Part shown: piece by piece, positions 39,157 through 52,941 of the stretch
How the letters are laid out: each line of letters begins with the position of its first letter
Position numbering within the stretch: the first letter of the stretch is position 1
Assembly: GCA_951406725.2 (NCBI GenBank)
Contig: OX597817.1
Coordinates: 44,268,001-44,332,000 of the forward strand
Length of the DNA: 64,000 nt
Source of the DNA: Octopus vulgaris
Lineage: Eukaryota
Reading direction: 5' to 3'
Made by a program: the position numbers and the translations under genes
The notes under the pieces: generated by a model
The model's input: the letters and a program-made list of their open reading frames with translations, nothing else
What the model was told of the DNA's origin: nothing
Databases searched by the model: none

Positions 39157-40742
39157 TATTATTATTATTATATGTGTGTGTGTGTTTGGTAGAAATTAGT
39201 GATTAGATTTTTGGTAAAGATCATTGTTTCCCCTCAACTAAATTGGCATTGACTATTCTGCTAACATCAGCTTTTCATTGGATATTTCTGCTTAAGCATT
39301 TCTCGCAATTAATCACCTTACTTTGCAGTTAGGTATATTTTACACGATTTCTGAGAGCATTCTATTTATCGAACACTAACAACACAGGTTCCTTAAGCAT
39401 AGAAACTTACGCAAAAAAAAAACAAAAACAGCAAAACAAAAAGCAAAAACAAAAGACAAAAAACAAATGAACAAACAAACAAAAAAGACAAAAAAACACG
39501 TTAGTTGTAGAAGTGACTAGAAATACTACTTTATAATAGTGATCTCTTCCTGTTGCATTTTATGAATCTAATGAAGCATTTCATCTCTATTCATTTCACT
39601 ATATATTCGATAACAATAAAATATGAGACTAAATCCCACTACATCATGCTTCTGATAACCAATGAAAAACAAGTAAGTGTGTTGTACTGCATCCGCGATT
39701 CAAGTAAGTGCACGTACATCCACCTTTATAAGGCGAGGATTGATTTCAGAAGATTTTTTTAAAGATATTTTATTGGCTGAAAACTCGGAATTTGTTGGTT
39801 GTTGAAGTCTATTGGTGAAATGTTCGATGTATGAATGACAGACAAGTTGTGGCATGAAACCAATTATAAGGCTGAGACAATCTCGGAATTGATTAATTCA
39901 AGTATTTATTGTAAGACAGAAACGCTGAATAGCAATGAACTGACCCCTATTGATGACTTATAGATCAGAACAGTCAGGCGTTGGACACCAAACCAGGCCA
40001 TCTCATATCTATTGTATAATATACAAAGTGGAAACATATAGAACCAAAGACACGCCAGGGCTCTGTTTTATGTGTAATTAAAATCATCTCTTCCTAATAT
40101 CCGTATTCATCTCTAGATACAAGATGTCTTTGTTGGAAAAGAAACAATATTCGATTTGTTTCAATCTCTATATATATTAGACATGTTCATTTTATTGATC
40201 GAAGGGGATCAAAGGCAAACCACCAGATAGCAGGATTTGAACTCAGAGTCGTGACTGATGACATTTTAAACCTGAATACTTATATAGTGGAGATTCTTCT
40301 CTCACGGCCAGGTATTTAGTTCAGTTAATAAATAACTCAGAGATGACATCCGCATCAGAAGGTAACTTCAAATAATTATGTGATGAAGGAAAAATATCTA
40401 AACAATATTAGTCAATGACGAATATTAGTTTTCGAATTTCAGCAATTAGAGAAAAAATCTTGTGAATATTTCATTAATATAAACACACCAACAAAATGTG
40501 GACTTTATCTCGGATATTTGTTATTTCTTACACATACACACTTTTACCTGTTTTCGTTTAAAGTCCATGTGGTGGTAAAAAAATATTGCTTTCAAATGAA
40601 GTGGAAATCTTGAGTTATGTAGGAGAAATTTAGGTTCGAATGATAGATCTGAACTTCCTTACAATTTTGCAATTGCTACCTGGGTAAAAAAAGAAAAAAC
40701 CTCACACTAATGCGAGTTTCAAAGCGTTTTCTTTTTAAACTT

Positions 40743-41877
40743 GCCATTTTTGTATTGAGAATGATAACAGAGCTGGCGGTGGAGAGGCAAAACCACGTCT
40801 TTAAGTGCTTCATAGATTACACAAAGGGCTTCGACAAAAGAAGACATGACATGTTATTTGAAGACCGTTGATCTGCGCAGGAAAGATCTCCGAATTTTAC
40901 AGAGTCTGTATTGAAACCAATCAGCTTGCATAAGATGAATTGATAATACTGTGAATATACTAGCATTAGCAGAGGGATTAAACAAGGATGTGCTATGTCA
41001 TCAGTCCTCTTCAATTACTATAGTGAATTGATCACAAAAGAACTGGAGAAGGAAAAAGTCCGAGAGTTGGAGACAGAAAACTCACAAACAAAGATAGGCA
41101 GATGACACAGCCTTACATCCCGAATTATAAAAAGAACTTCGGTGACTTCTGAATGTTGTGGTCAGAGAAAAGGAGAGGACGTTTCTGTTCATAAACTGTA
41201 AGAAGACAAAGTGTACGGTGTTGACAAAGAATGGAAGCCTAAATGCCTGCTGAAGGTGAATAATGAAATCATGAAGCAGGTATCATCCTTCAACTACATT
41301 AGAACATTGATCACAGATGACGTTAGATGAGTGAAAGAGATCGGAAGAAGAATAGAGCTGGCAAAAATCAATCTGTACTCTCAAAATTGTACAACATGTT
41401 GAGAATGTGTATTCAAGACCAGGATCCGTAAATTGCAAGATAGATATAGCAATATGCTATGTCTATCTTGTGTTAAGGTATGGAAGCGAGTCAAGGTCTA
41501 TAACATCCGAAATGAGAGGATGAGTGGAAAACTGTGAAATGTGGTTCTTCAGAAGAATATTGGGGGATAGCACGGGCAAAGCATCTAAAGAAGAAGTGAT
41601 GAACCATTCTGCAGTAAATAGGAAACTTAAATTTCTAGATCACGTGATGAGGGAAGGCGACTTGGAGAATATAGCGATGACTGGAAAGATTGAAAGAAGA
41701 AGCAGAGGAAGGAGAAGGATGATAGGGATGTCAAGTTTGACACACTAGTAGGAGAAAAAGAAGCATTAAATATCAGGAAGTGAAACTGTTATAGAAGACA
41801 AAGAACAGAGAACTGCAGCATTATATGATCGCTTATGTCCTGCATTCAGGGCATGGCACCTAAAAGGGAAGAAGAAG
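40743..41877 (+). pseudogene. Decayed 5'-truncated RTE-clade LINE reverse transcriptase
   Basis: Across frameshifts: AIFVLRMITE...CFIDYTKGFDK; RGIKQGCAMSSVLFNYYSE; R*ADDTA (YADD with a stop); INCKKTK; KQVSSFNYI...KEIGRRIELAK; EMWFFRRIL; KFLDHVMREGDLENIAMTGKIERRSRGRRR; SGHGT* (TAA 41861-41863) then a GAA-repeat tail. Confidence 0.92.
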
Positions 41878-42096
41878 CAAGCTTAGACTCTACGTTATCA
41901 CTTGACATACTAGAACTAGCTTTCAAATGCCCCTCAAATCATACCTAAGCATCTAGCAAAAGAAGAACAGTTACAAAAATGCTTAACATCATTTCATCAG
42001 TCTCCACGTTCGGAGTTCAAATTCCGCAGGGATCGATAAAGTAAGTATCAGTCGAGTCACTGGGGTTGAATTAATCAACTTACCCCTCCTCCAAAA

Positions 42097-42309
42097 TTTT
42101 TCTACTCTAGGCACAAGGCCTGAAATTTTGGAGAGGACGGAAATCGATTAGAACGACCCAAGTACGCAACTGGTACTTAATTTATCGACCCCAAAAGGAT
42201 GAAAGGCAAAGTTGACCTCAGCGGAATTTGAACTCAGAACGTAACGGCAGACGAAATACGGCTACGCATTTCGCCCGGCGTGCTAACGTTTCAGCCAGCT
42301 CGCCGCCTT
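42097..42309 (-). mobile_element. SINE family A nested in an older plus-strand family A copy (about 42000-42352)
   Basis: TSD CCCCTCCTCCAAAA on both sides. Confidence 0.88.
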
Positions 42310-43430
42310 CCCCTCCTCCAAAACTGCTGGCCTTGTGCCAAAATTCGAAACTAATATATGATAGTCAAACTTAATGTAAACATATCAATGCTGGGATGTA
42401 ATTTCTTCGAGATATTTTCTATGTATATTTTCGTTTCCAGCGAAATGTGTCTGGATTTACTGAAATGATTAATTTCCAGGCTGTGGTTAGTTTATGCATC
42501 GCTTTAAATATCTAACTTCGTCTTTCAAACTACTCAAGTTCTTAAACGTGGTGTTCTTACCTCAAGAATATACTGTGCATCTTCAACAGATCAGCGTAAA
42601 TTATCCTTTGCCTCATTGATCAACCACCTATAAACATCTAGAAACGAAAACAGAATGCAAAGGAAGTAAAGAGAAATACGAAAATAGTATAACACCTTGC
42701 CAGAACACGCCGTGGCTAGATTCGTAAACATCAGTTACACAGTATAACTTTAAATTCGAAGATATTTTGGTGAAACAAAATTCACAATATTCCAAATGTA
42801 TTAGTCATTATTTACACAAAATATACCTTCTGGCGGGGTCTATAAAATAAGTACCAGTCAATAGTGGGGGCGAATTAATCGACTGTTTCCTAACCACAAA
42901 AGTTTGCCTAGTACTAATGTGAGAAATTATAATCTACACAATCTATAAGTTAAGTACTGCTCTTATTTATAGGGATAAGGACCTTTGGCAGTATTCTTTG
43001 AATGGAAATTTACTACATTAACAAGTTTGCTCATATTTAAATACCGTTTGCTGTTAGCCGGAAGGCAATTTTTCATATGGAACGATGTTATAATAGATTT
43101 AATCGTCTCAGCACATTACAGTTTCTTTGTTTCTTTTCACGGGCCTGAAGGGATTAGAAGCAAAATCGTCATTGCAGAGAAATTGAATTCAGAAACCAGT
43201 GGGATAATACTAAATATATCAGAATATATATTCCGGCACTCAGCAAATTTTCGATCTGGTTTCATAAATATAACACAAGAAGCAAACGTTAGACATTAAA
43301 TTCCTGTACGTTTTGGTAATAATTATTTTCGAAGAAAGTACAAAATATGAAAGGAAATGGAACACCTAAATGTTTTGCCAACTGTCATGCATTAAATTAA
43401 AATTGTTGACATCGATATTACTGGTGAGAT

Positions 43431-43825
43431 CGGCGAGTGGCAGAATCGTTAGCACGCCGGGCGAAATGTTTTGCGGTATTTCGTCCGCCGCTACTTTCTG
43501 AGTTCAAATTCCGTCGAGGTCGACTTTGCCTTTCATGCTTTCGGGGTCGATAAATTAAGTACCAGTTACGCACTGGGGTCGATGTAATCGACTTATCCCT
43601 TTGTCTGTCCTTGTTTGTCCCTTCTGTGTTTAGGCCCTTGTGGGTAGTAAAGAAATAGGTATTTCATACGTCTTTGAGTTTTTTGAGTCAAAATTCAAGC
43701 AAGGTTAATTTTGCCTTTCGTTGTTCTGGGATCGATAAAATAAGTATTACTCAAGTATTAGGGTCGATGTAATCAACTGCCCCTCCCCTCAAAAAAGTGT
43801 TGGTCCTGTATCAAACTTTGAAACC
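43431..43825 (+). mobile_element. SINE family A, dimeric
   Basis: Young first unit and diverged second unit. Confidence 0.87.
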
Positions 43826-44446
43826 GCTGACATATCTGGTGCTCATTTTGCACAGCTACAGATCAATGACAGAAAGAACATTTGTTATGGCACACAAACA
43901 TTCATATATGCATGGGTGTCTACAAATAGCGAGATTTCTGCTCCATTAATGTACAATATCATCTGGATACATATTTTAAATTGTGTTATGTATATGAAGC
44001 CATTTTTAAAAAATGATGACATATACATATTAATCGTTTAGTATTTCAAATGGCTATGTACGCCCAAAATATTTTACCATTTTTTAAATTTTCAAACGGA
44101 CCATATCCAGCGTCTCGCACTTACCTTACAAGGTAATCAATCACATCTTTGAAATTTCAAAGGCCCGAGATAATGTATGATTAATTCAAAACTGTGTTAA
44201 TGAATAAGCATTAACCTGAACAGCGTTGAGATCTCTCTGCTTGCCTTCCTAGATTATCATGCGCCACGAAGCTCTACTTCATGTGCGAGTATGTGTATGT
44301 ATGTAACCTCCTTTTTTTAAAACAGTAGTGTGACATTTGCGTTTTATACACTGTTGGCTCCTGGATCTTGTTACAGATCTCGGTGAAAATTTTCGGTTGG
44401 TCATTTCAGTGTAGAATATTATTCGTGTCATCACATCTAGTGACTC

Positions 44447-44803
44447 TGCGTCGTTGGATGGAAGTTGCCAATTACATAGGCTGCCTTGCGTCGTTGGATG
44501 GAAGTTGCCAGTCACGTAGGCTGCCTTGCGTCGTTGGATGGAAGTTGCCAATCACGTAGGCTGCCTTGCGTCGTTGGATGGAAGTTGCCAATCATGTAGG
44601 CTGCCTTGCGTCGTTGGATGGAAGTTGCCAATCACGTAGGCTGCCTTGCGTCGTTGGATGGAAGTTGCCAATCACGTAGACTGCCTTGGGTCGTTGGATG
44701 GAAGTTGCCAATCACGTAGGCTGCCTTGCGTCGTTGGATGGAAGTTGCCAATCACGTAGGCTGCCTTGCGTCGTTGGATGGAATTTGCCAATCACGTAGG
44801 CTG
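44447..44803. repeat. 40-bp minisatellite, about 9 copies
   Basis: Unit TGCGTCGTTGGATGGAAGTTGCCAATCACGTAGGCTGCCT starts at 44447, 44487, ... 44767, head-to-tail with no spacers and 0-2 substitutions per unit. Confidence 0.97.
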
Positions 44804-45647
44804 ACTATTTACAAGTATACGTGTGTAAAACATTGCCAAATAAAAACAAAACGAAACAATACCATCACGAAGACATCCACAGTCGTACCTTCATTCATTC
44901 ACTTATTAAAAAATATCTTTCAATTATTTTTTAGGTGTTTGATTATTTAAATTAACGAAGAAAAATCATCCAATTTCAAGTCCGTTTGTTGATTCATCTT
45001 CATAAGTTCGAAATAGTTTCTTTTTCTTTATTTTGTCATTATTTTTCTCAAAGGAGGATAATTCAATTATGTACGTCATAATTGCAAAATAAATGTAATT
45101 TTACTTAGGTACATCACTAATAAAGTTTAATTTCGAAACGGCGACAAAACTTATTACGGCTGTTTCACTTGGAAATTAAAATAATACAATCTAGACGTGT
45201 GTGTCACACACACAAACGTGTTTACATATGTGTGTATGTATGTATATGAACATTCATAATTTATAAGAGAGAATTCGATTAGGCACTTTTTTTAGTTTCT
45301 CGTTTAGCAAGTAGTTTAGTTGTTCAGTTGAAAAGGTTGTCACCTCTGAATTGGCAATATTTTTTCTTCACATTTTCGCATTCCAAGGAAAAGAAAAAAA
45401 CAAAAACGAAAAACATCAGCAACTCTGCTTTAAGCTATGTTACATGATTACAATTAAAGAAAAGAATGGTCGAGGAATGAATACACTTTACAACAATAAC
45501 ATACCACAATATAATCCAAAGACCTAGTTTTCTACGTTTTACACTTTTCTGATTATATGCTTCTTACTTGATCTGGTCAGGAAACTTGTTAATTTTTTGG
45601 AGGGTAGTAAAAGTAATTATGTTATTAATATATTTTCCCTAGGATAA

Positions 45648-46065
45648 AGCAGCGAGCTGGCAGAAACGTTAGCACGCCGGGCGAAATGCTTAGCTATATT
45701 TCGTCTGCTGCTACGTTCTGAGTTCAAATTCCGCCGAGGTCATCCTTTCGGGGTCGATTAGATAAGCACCAGTTACGCACTGGGGTCGATTAAATTAGTA
45801 CCAGTTACGCACTGGGGTCGATATAATCGACTTAATCTGTTTGTCTGTCCTTGTTTGTCCTCTCTGTGTTTAGCCCCTTGTGGGTAGTAAAGAAATAGGT
45901 AATTCGTCTGTCTTTATGTTCTGAGTTCAAATTCCACCAAGGTCGATTTTGCTTTTCATCCTTTCGGGGTCGATAAATGATGTACCAGTTGCGTACTGGG
46001 GTCGATAAAATCGACTGGTCCCCTCCTTCATAATTTCGGGCTTTGTCCCTTGAGTAGAAAAGATT
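45648..46065 (+). mobile_element. SINE family A, dimeric
   Basis: Family A head and two body units, with a small internal duplication of ACCAGTTACGCACTGGGGTCGAT. Confidence 0.88.
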
Positions 46066-46156
46066 ATTTAAGCTTACGTCGATTCCTCCGTGGTGTTGTT
46101 TTGCATTTATAATAAAATAAATACATACAAATTATAGAAATAAAAAATATATATAT

Positions 46157-46245
46157 ACAGTACTGTACTCTTTTTACTTCGCGGATATTCATCTATCGCG
46201 GAGTTTTGGGAACGTAACACCCGCGATAGTCGAGGGGTTACTGTA
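46157..46245. mobile_element. One end of a Tc1/mariner (Tigger/pogo-like) MITE
   Basis: CCCGCGATAGTCGAGGGGTTACTG|TA is a typical TA-CAGT-type TIR; the partner TIR was not found. Confidence 0.6.
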
Positions 46246-47378
46246 GTCAGGATCATTAGAATAAGAGCTTCATTTAGTAGGTTACATGAATGTGACTGGA
46301 TGTATATCATTATGTGGTAGCGAATTAGCCGAATGGAGCACTTATTAGCCTACTTGATCGTGTGTTTCTGAGCAGAACACAAGATCCTACTTTGTCACAG
46401 TTCACCTTGGGGTGGATTCAAATTTGGTCAGTAATTACCAAAGGTAGCTCTAGTTGTTACATGTTTCTAAGAGTTATGGAAGAGTTCAATTTCCGCCGAG
46501 GTCGACTTTGCCTTTCATCTTTTTAGGGTCGTTAGCGTGCCGGAAAATGCTTAGCGGCATTTCTTCCGAGTTTATGATCTGAGTTCAATTGCCACCGAAA
46601 TCGACTCTGCCTTTCATCCCATCGGGGCCGATAAAATAAATATAAGTTGAATACTGAAGTCTATGTAATTAACTTATACCTTTCCCCACAATTGCTGGCC
46701 TTGAGCCAAAATTTGAAACCAATATTTTAATACTATTATATTGTAATAGAATTAAATGATTAGTTATCAGTCTTTTTTCGTATATCTACCTCGTAATCAT
46801 TCCAGCTCAGTACTGATGCTCTAGTCCGCTCACTGGCTATAATTGTATAGATGTGTAGAAGTATTTATAGTTTCTTTCTCAGAAACTAAATTAATATAAT
46901 TGTTCGACAGACATCGAAAAAAGCCCCAGTTAGTAACAATCTTATACGTAGTAACAATTAATAGTGAATATTTTCTTTCTTTTTAGTATGTATCAGATGA
47001 GAATGCATTTCAGCAAATTATAAGTTCATACGGATATACTGGAATTGTAATTGCCTACAAATTACTTTGGCAAGTCCTCATTACGTGGGAATTGAATTGA
47101 GATCCAATTATGGAAAAGCTCTTCTCCATGGATTAATAAATACATCATTTAAACTACTAAAGACTGTGGATTAGCTAAGTATTTATGTAAAGTAAGTCGG
47201 TTACGAAATGTAGTTATTTTCTCAAACTTTTTTCTTATCTCATCCAATACTCTCTCATTGATTCAGACAATCATTGTATTCTTAGTTCTCAGTCTTTCTG
47301 CCCCTCCCTCTCTCGCTATTTTTACCCCACTTTCATCCTATGTACGTATGTATGCATGCACGCATGTTTGTGTGAGTG

Positions 47379-47613
47379 AAGGCGGCGAGCTGGCAGAAAC
47401 GTTAGCACGCCGGGCGAAATGCCTAGCCGTATTTCGTCTGTCGATACGTTCTGAGTTCAAATTCCGCCGAGGTCGACTTTGCCTTTCATCCTTTCGGGAT
47501 CGATAAATTAAGTAGCAGTTACGCACTGGGGTCGATATAATCGACTTAATCCGTTTGTCTGTCCTTGTTTATCCCTTCTGTGTTTAGCCCCTTGTGGGTA
47601 GTAAAAAAATAGG
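47379..47613 (+). mobile_element. SINE family A, full length
   Basis: Complete head to tail; TSD ATGTTTGTGTGAGTG. Confidence 0.92.
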
Positions 47614-48784
47614 TATGTTTGTGTGAGTGTGTATGTATGAGTGTATATATGTATGTGTGTGTCTGTATGTATGTGCGAGTATGTATGTATGAGTGTATGT
47701 ATGTATGTATTTATCTATCTATTCATGTATTTTTGTGTTCACACTTAAGCATGTACATACGCACACATTAATTTATATATATAAAATATTATATATACAT
47801 CGATATTATATATATATGTATGCTTATATATATCTACATATATGCATATGTATAAATGTATTTTCCTATATTTATGTATGTACGTATCTATCTGTGTGTA
47901 TGTGTATGTAGTTATGTCTAAATATACACATATGTTTAAATATACACATATGAATATATGTGTGTGTGTATATTAAAATTCTGTCTAAAACTTTGACAGC
48001 AATTAAAAGTAAGGGAATAATAATAAGCTACCACAGGTACTTTTTTAACCTTTGACATTGTATTGTAAAATACAGAAAATGAATACAGAAAAAGAATCAC
48101 ACATCATTGTCCGCTAAGAAGTGGTATTTGAAAGAACAAGGAAATGATTTCGATATAAACTGCAAGGTAAGATATTCGAGCACTGCAGAATATTAAATAA
48201 TGATAAAACGGATGCACAGGCTGAAAAACTTCCATCCTGGAAAACGTTAACAGTTCTGAAAATTTATTACGTGCAAAATCAGATATCTTAGCTAAATTCC
48301 TATACTTTCATCGGATTAAACAATCCATCTCTGAACTATCGTGCACGATCTGCATTTCAAGGCTTCTCACATTCTATAATTAAGAAATCATTCTACTTTG
48401 AATTATTTACTGAACTTCTCAAAATCATTTGCAACATTACATTCTTAACAATTTTCTGATAAGCATATAGTTTAATTATAATTTCACCATTAATTATTGC
48501 TAGTGAAGGTTTTAAACACCTAACTTCTCAAAGGAAATAATCAAACTCCAACAGTTTTAAAAATCCTTACAGCTGTTTCATTTAGAATGTAATACCCATT
48601 GTACTTTTATATACGTCATAATTTTCATCGAGAATACGGTGATTTTTGCTTGTGATGCATATTTAATTTTTGTTGTTGTTTATGACAATGAAGTGAAGAA
48701 TTACAATCTATAATGTAAAGTCTCACCTAATTCATACGTACATATATATGCATATGTATGCATGTATATATGTATTTATGTATG

Positions 48785-48827
<43 letters not shown>

Positions 48828-49045
48828 GCGTATGTGTGTGTGCACGGATATATATATATGCAAATGTACCTATGCATATATATACATACACACATGTATA
48901 GACTTATATACTTAAGTGCATACATACGTACATATAGACCTCTCTCTCTCTCTTTATCTATCTATCAATATACATACATTTATATATACGTTTATACATA
49001 CGTTTATACGTAAATATACACGTGTTTGTGTATACGCGTTCTCAC

Positions 49046-49127
<82 letters not shown>

Positions 49128-49186
49128 GTGTATATATATATATATGTATATATATGTATATATATTCATATATATGCGTATGTCTA

Positions 49187-49265
<79 letters not shown>

Positions 49266-49759
49266 ATATTTGAACAAACATGCCTTGTCATATAGAGCAG
49301 TCGAAAAATTGTCAATGTCTGTGAGCAGTCGGTAACGAGATAGAATCGGTAAGTTTGAGTCGCTAATTAGCCAAGTTGATGATTCTCTGCTGCTAATGTC
49401 TGTTTCTATAAGTTGAAGCAACACATTTTTGTAGCCTATGCCATTATCACTCCAGAGGACTGCAGAATGTCTAATTATCTCACAGTTTGCCGCCAGAATC
49501 ATTGATCAGAAATCGCCATCTTCTACTCCCAAACCTACCTACCATCCTTCCTTCTTTCCTTCTTTCCTTCCGTATACGTTTCTTTTCTTCACGTATCGCC
49601 ATCGAACTTCCTTTCAATGATTCAGTTATTCCTCTCTTCCCGCCTCTTATTCCCTCCATGTCACCGTTGCTGATATCCGTCCATGTTTGAGGTCTTCTAT
49701 CATAAATTCCCATTCTTCTTGCTGGAGGAATTTTTTCCGAGCTAATTTATTCCATTTGC

Positions 49760-50410
49760 TCTCCTTCCTTCCTTTTCTTCTTTCTTTCTCTCCACCTTTC
49801 CTTCGTTCGTTCGTTTGTTCCTTCCTTCCTTCATTTCTCCCTTCTTCCCTCTTTACTTCCTTACTTCTTTCATTTCTCCCTTCTTCCTTCTTTACTTCCT
49901 ACTCTCCTTCCTTCCTTCCTTCTTTCTTTCCCTTCCTCGTTCCTTCCTTCCTTTCCTTCTTCCCTTCCTTCCTTTCCTTCCTTCCTTCCTTCCTTCCTTC
50001 CTTCCTTCCTTCCTTCCTTCTTCCCTTCCTTCTTCCCTCCTTCCTCCTTCCCTTTTTCCTTCCTTCCTTCCCTCTTTCCTTCCTTCTTTCCTTCCTGCCT
50101 CCCTTCCTCCCTTCCTTCCTTTTTTCGTTCCTCCCTCCCCTTCCTCCCTTCTTCTCTTCCTCGGTCCTTCCTTCCTCTCTTCCTCCCTTCTTCCCTTCCT
50201 TCTTACTCTCCTTCCTTCCTTCCTCCCTCCCTCCCTTCCTTCCTTCCTCCCTCCCTCCCTCTCTCCTTTCCTCCCTCCCTCCCTCTCTCCCTCTCTCCTT
50301 TCCTCCCTTCCTTCCCTTCCTCTCTCCCTCTCTCCTTTCCTCCCTTCCTTCCTTCCTTCCTTCCTTCCTTCCTTCCTTCCTTCCTTCCTTCCTTCCTTCC
50401 TTCCTTCACT
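49760..50410. repeat. Polypyrimidine (CTTC/CCT)n low-complexity tract
   Basis: About 650 bp almost free of purines on the + strand; source of the PSFL and KEGR ORFs. Confidence 0.95.
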
Positions 50411-51923
50411 CTTTCGTAATATCTTACTTATGACTAGCTTCTATTTCTACCATTTCTTCTTCTTATATCGATCGCTCACTTCTCCACACACACACACAAC
50501 CAAACACTGACCCTTGTTGTATACATCGCCCCGCCCTCGATATCGTTTAGTTCATTTCGCTACTGGCGACTTACAGCTTATCTGATACAGACAGCCATTT
50601 AATAAATACCGGTGGTGGTTGACGGTATATATTCTTACTAGAATGAAGGTGTCATGAGGTCATCTGTACAAGACCAAAAGAATATTGATTGTGCATCTCT
50701 CTTTAGTCATCCCTTTTCATTGAAACATTTCTACGTTTGTAATAATTCGACCCTTTAATGGTCCTTCTTCACATATTACCATTTTGTTAGTATATGAATT
50801 AAAGCGTTTCGTAGATCTTCAATACGAAGTGAGACAGAAATTCTTTCTAATACCTCTGTTATCGATTCTAACACTTCAGCTAGTTTTCTTTTCATTACAA
50901 TTTACTGAATATTTAAGCGTGTAAATATTGTAACTATTAACTAGTAAAATTCACTAATACCCCATTTTAGTTTGACAGCCAGTTCCTTCAATATTAGGCG
51001 AGATGCCAGAGCGTATTTCGTTTTGTATCACAGGTATTTCCCGCATTACAGAACAGTGGTGCTTTTGAAAATGTTGTCGTAAAGGAGAGTTCCGTAACGC
51101 AGAAAGTATTTTCCCCATTGAACACATTTATTTCATTGATTTGATTTTAGCAGGAAGTCAACATGAAATGTTTCGCGTTACGTAACTACGTTACAGTGAT
51201 ATTTTCCGCGAGCGCAGCGCTGTTGGAATGCAAACAGTGGAAGCGCCTGTATCAGCTGATAAGTGTTGTTTTTTGTTATTATTATTTAACCCAGGGTCTT
51301 CTCACTGGTACAGATATGATCAAAGAGAATGGTGGATGTGGCAGTAGAGCAGTGTTTTACTTCCTTAGTTTTGGTCAATTCAAATCAAACACATTTTCTT
51401 ACCCAAGGTGTTCCAGCTGTGACCATCCCGTCTTTGGTTTATATTCTCAGACAATTTTTCTAGAAATCCATCATCCAATGTCTTAACATTAAGTGTATAA
51501 AGTGAGGGATATTTTACGGCTATTTCAAACAGACAAACATGGTCCTGATGGAGAGACCTATGTTCAAATGTTCAGCAGTCTGACTATTCTGTAATAAAGT
51601 ATTTCAAAAACTGTATTATCCAATGTATACGTCATTTTTAAAAGATGACACAATGATATTTGGTTGCTATTTCTAGCAGATATATAAAACACGTAAATTT
51701 TCCCTCATTGGGTCTGATGGGTTTCGTTGTTTCCTGGTAGGAACACTATATTCTGTTTCCATGAGTATACAACAATCAATAATTTGTACCAGAAAATTCT
51801 GTGGGTATGACATTGTGTAGAACACAGTAGACCAAATTTGATCGGTTCCTCAGTCTCGTGAATCTCAACTCTGTTTCTGCTAGCCGACAAAGAATTCTGC
51901 TTCGACGTGGAACCTAACAGAAA

Positions 51924-52171
51924 TACTCTTTTACTTTCTTTTACTTTTTTACTTGTTTCAGTCATTTGGCTGCGGCCATGATGGAGCACCGCTTTTAGTC
52001 GAGCAAATCGACCCCAGGACTTATTCTTTGGAAATCTAGTACTTATTCTATCGGTCTTTTTTGCCGAACCGCTAAGTTACGGGTATGTAAACAAACCACC
52101 ATCGGTTGTCAAGCGATATTGGGGGAACAAACACAGACGCACACACACAGACACACACAGACACACACACA

Positions 52172-52224
<53 letters not shown>

Positions 52225-52395
52225 GCATATATACGACGGGATTCTTTCAGTTTCCGTCTACCAATTCCGTCTACCAATTCAGTCGGCCCGAGGCTATAGT
52301 AGAAGACACTTGCCTAAGGTGTCACGTAGTGGGACTGAACCCGGAACCATGTGGTTGGTAAGCAAGCTACTTACCACACAGCCACTCCTGCGCCT
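51924..52395 (-). mobile_element. SINE family B
   Basis: Full match with internal (CA)n. Confidence 0.9.
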
Positions 52396-52941
52396 AGGAG
52401 TCAAATCTCTTTCAAATCGCACCATAGTGGGAAGCAAACATAAAACAATATAGTGCTGAAAAGACATGATGGCCATGAATGGACATAAAATCATTATAGA
52501 TCTCGTAGATCAAGGTTGACCAAGGGCTATAGAAGAGCTCTGTCTACCACTCGCTCTTCTTCACAACAGCGGCATTAACAACCATCGATTTTCAAATTCA
52601 TCATGCTGTATTGGATAAGGGAAGCATCCATTAGCTAATGTTGCCCTAAATAGCATTAAAAAGACAAGATGTTAATAGCTGGACATAACTTGATCATCGA
52701 TCAGAGCCGACTTGGGGCTATATACGTATCTTCCGTGCTTGCAAGGGTTATATGGTATCGCAGAATACGACAGGTCCGAGAACTTAGTCGTACCGCACTG
52801 TCTGCTTTGATGTGGTTTCAACAGCCGAATCTCTTTCTTAACGCCAACCGTTTTACAGGGAGTACTTCTCTTTTTGTGACAACAGCACACACACATACAC
52901 ACACTTATATATACGCACATACATTCGCACACTTAATGTAT

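Noticed and set aside
44447-44803. CRISPR array
   Set aside because: The units are contiguous 40-mers with no unique spacers, there are no cas genes, and the context is eukaryotic. It is a minisatellite.
49687-50510. 248-aa and 231-aa PSFL-rich ORFs
   Set aside because: Translation of a polypyrimidine tract.
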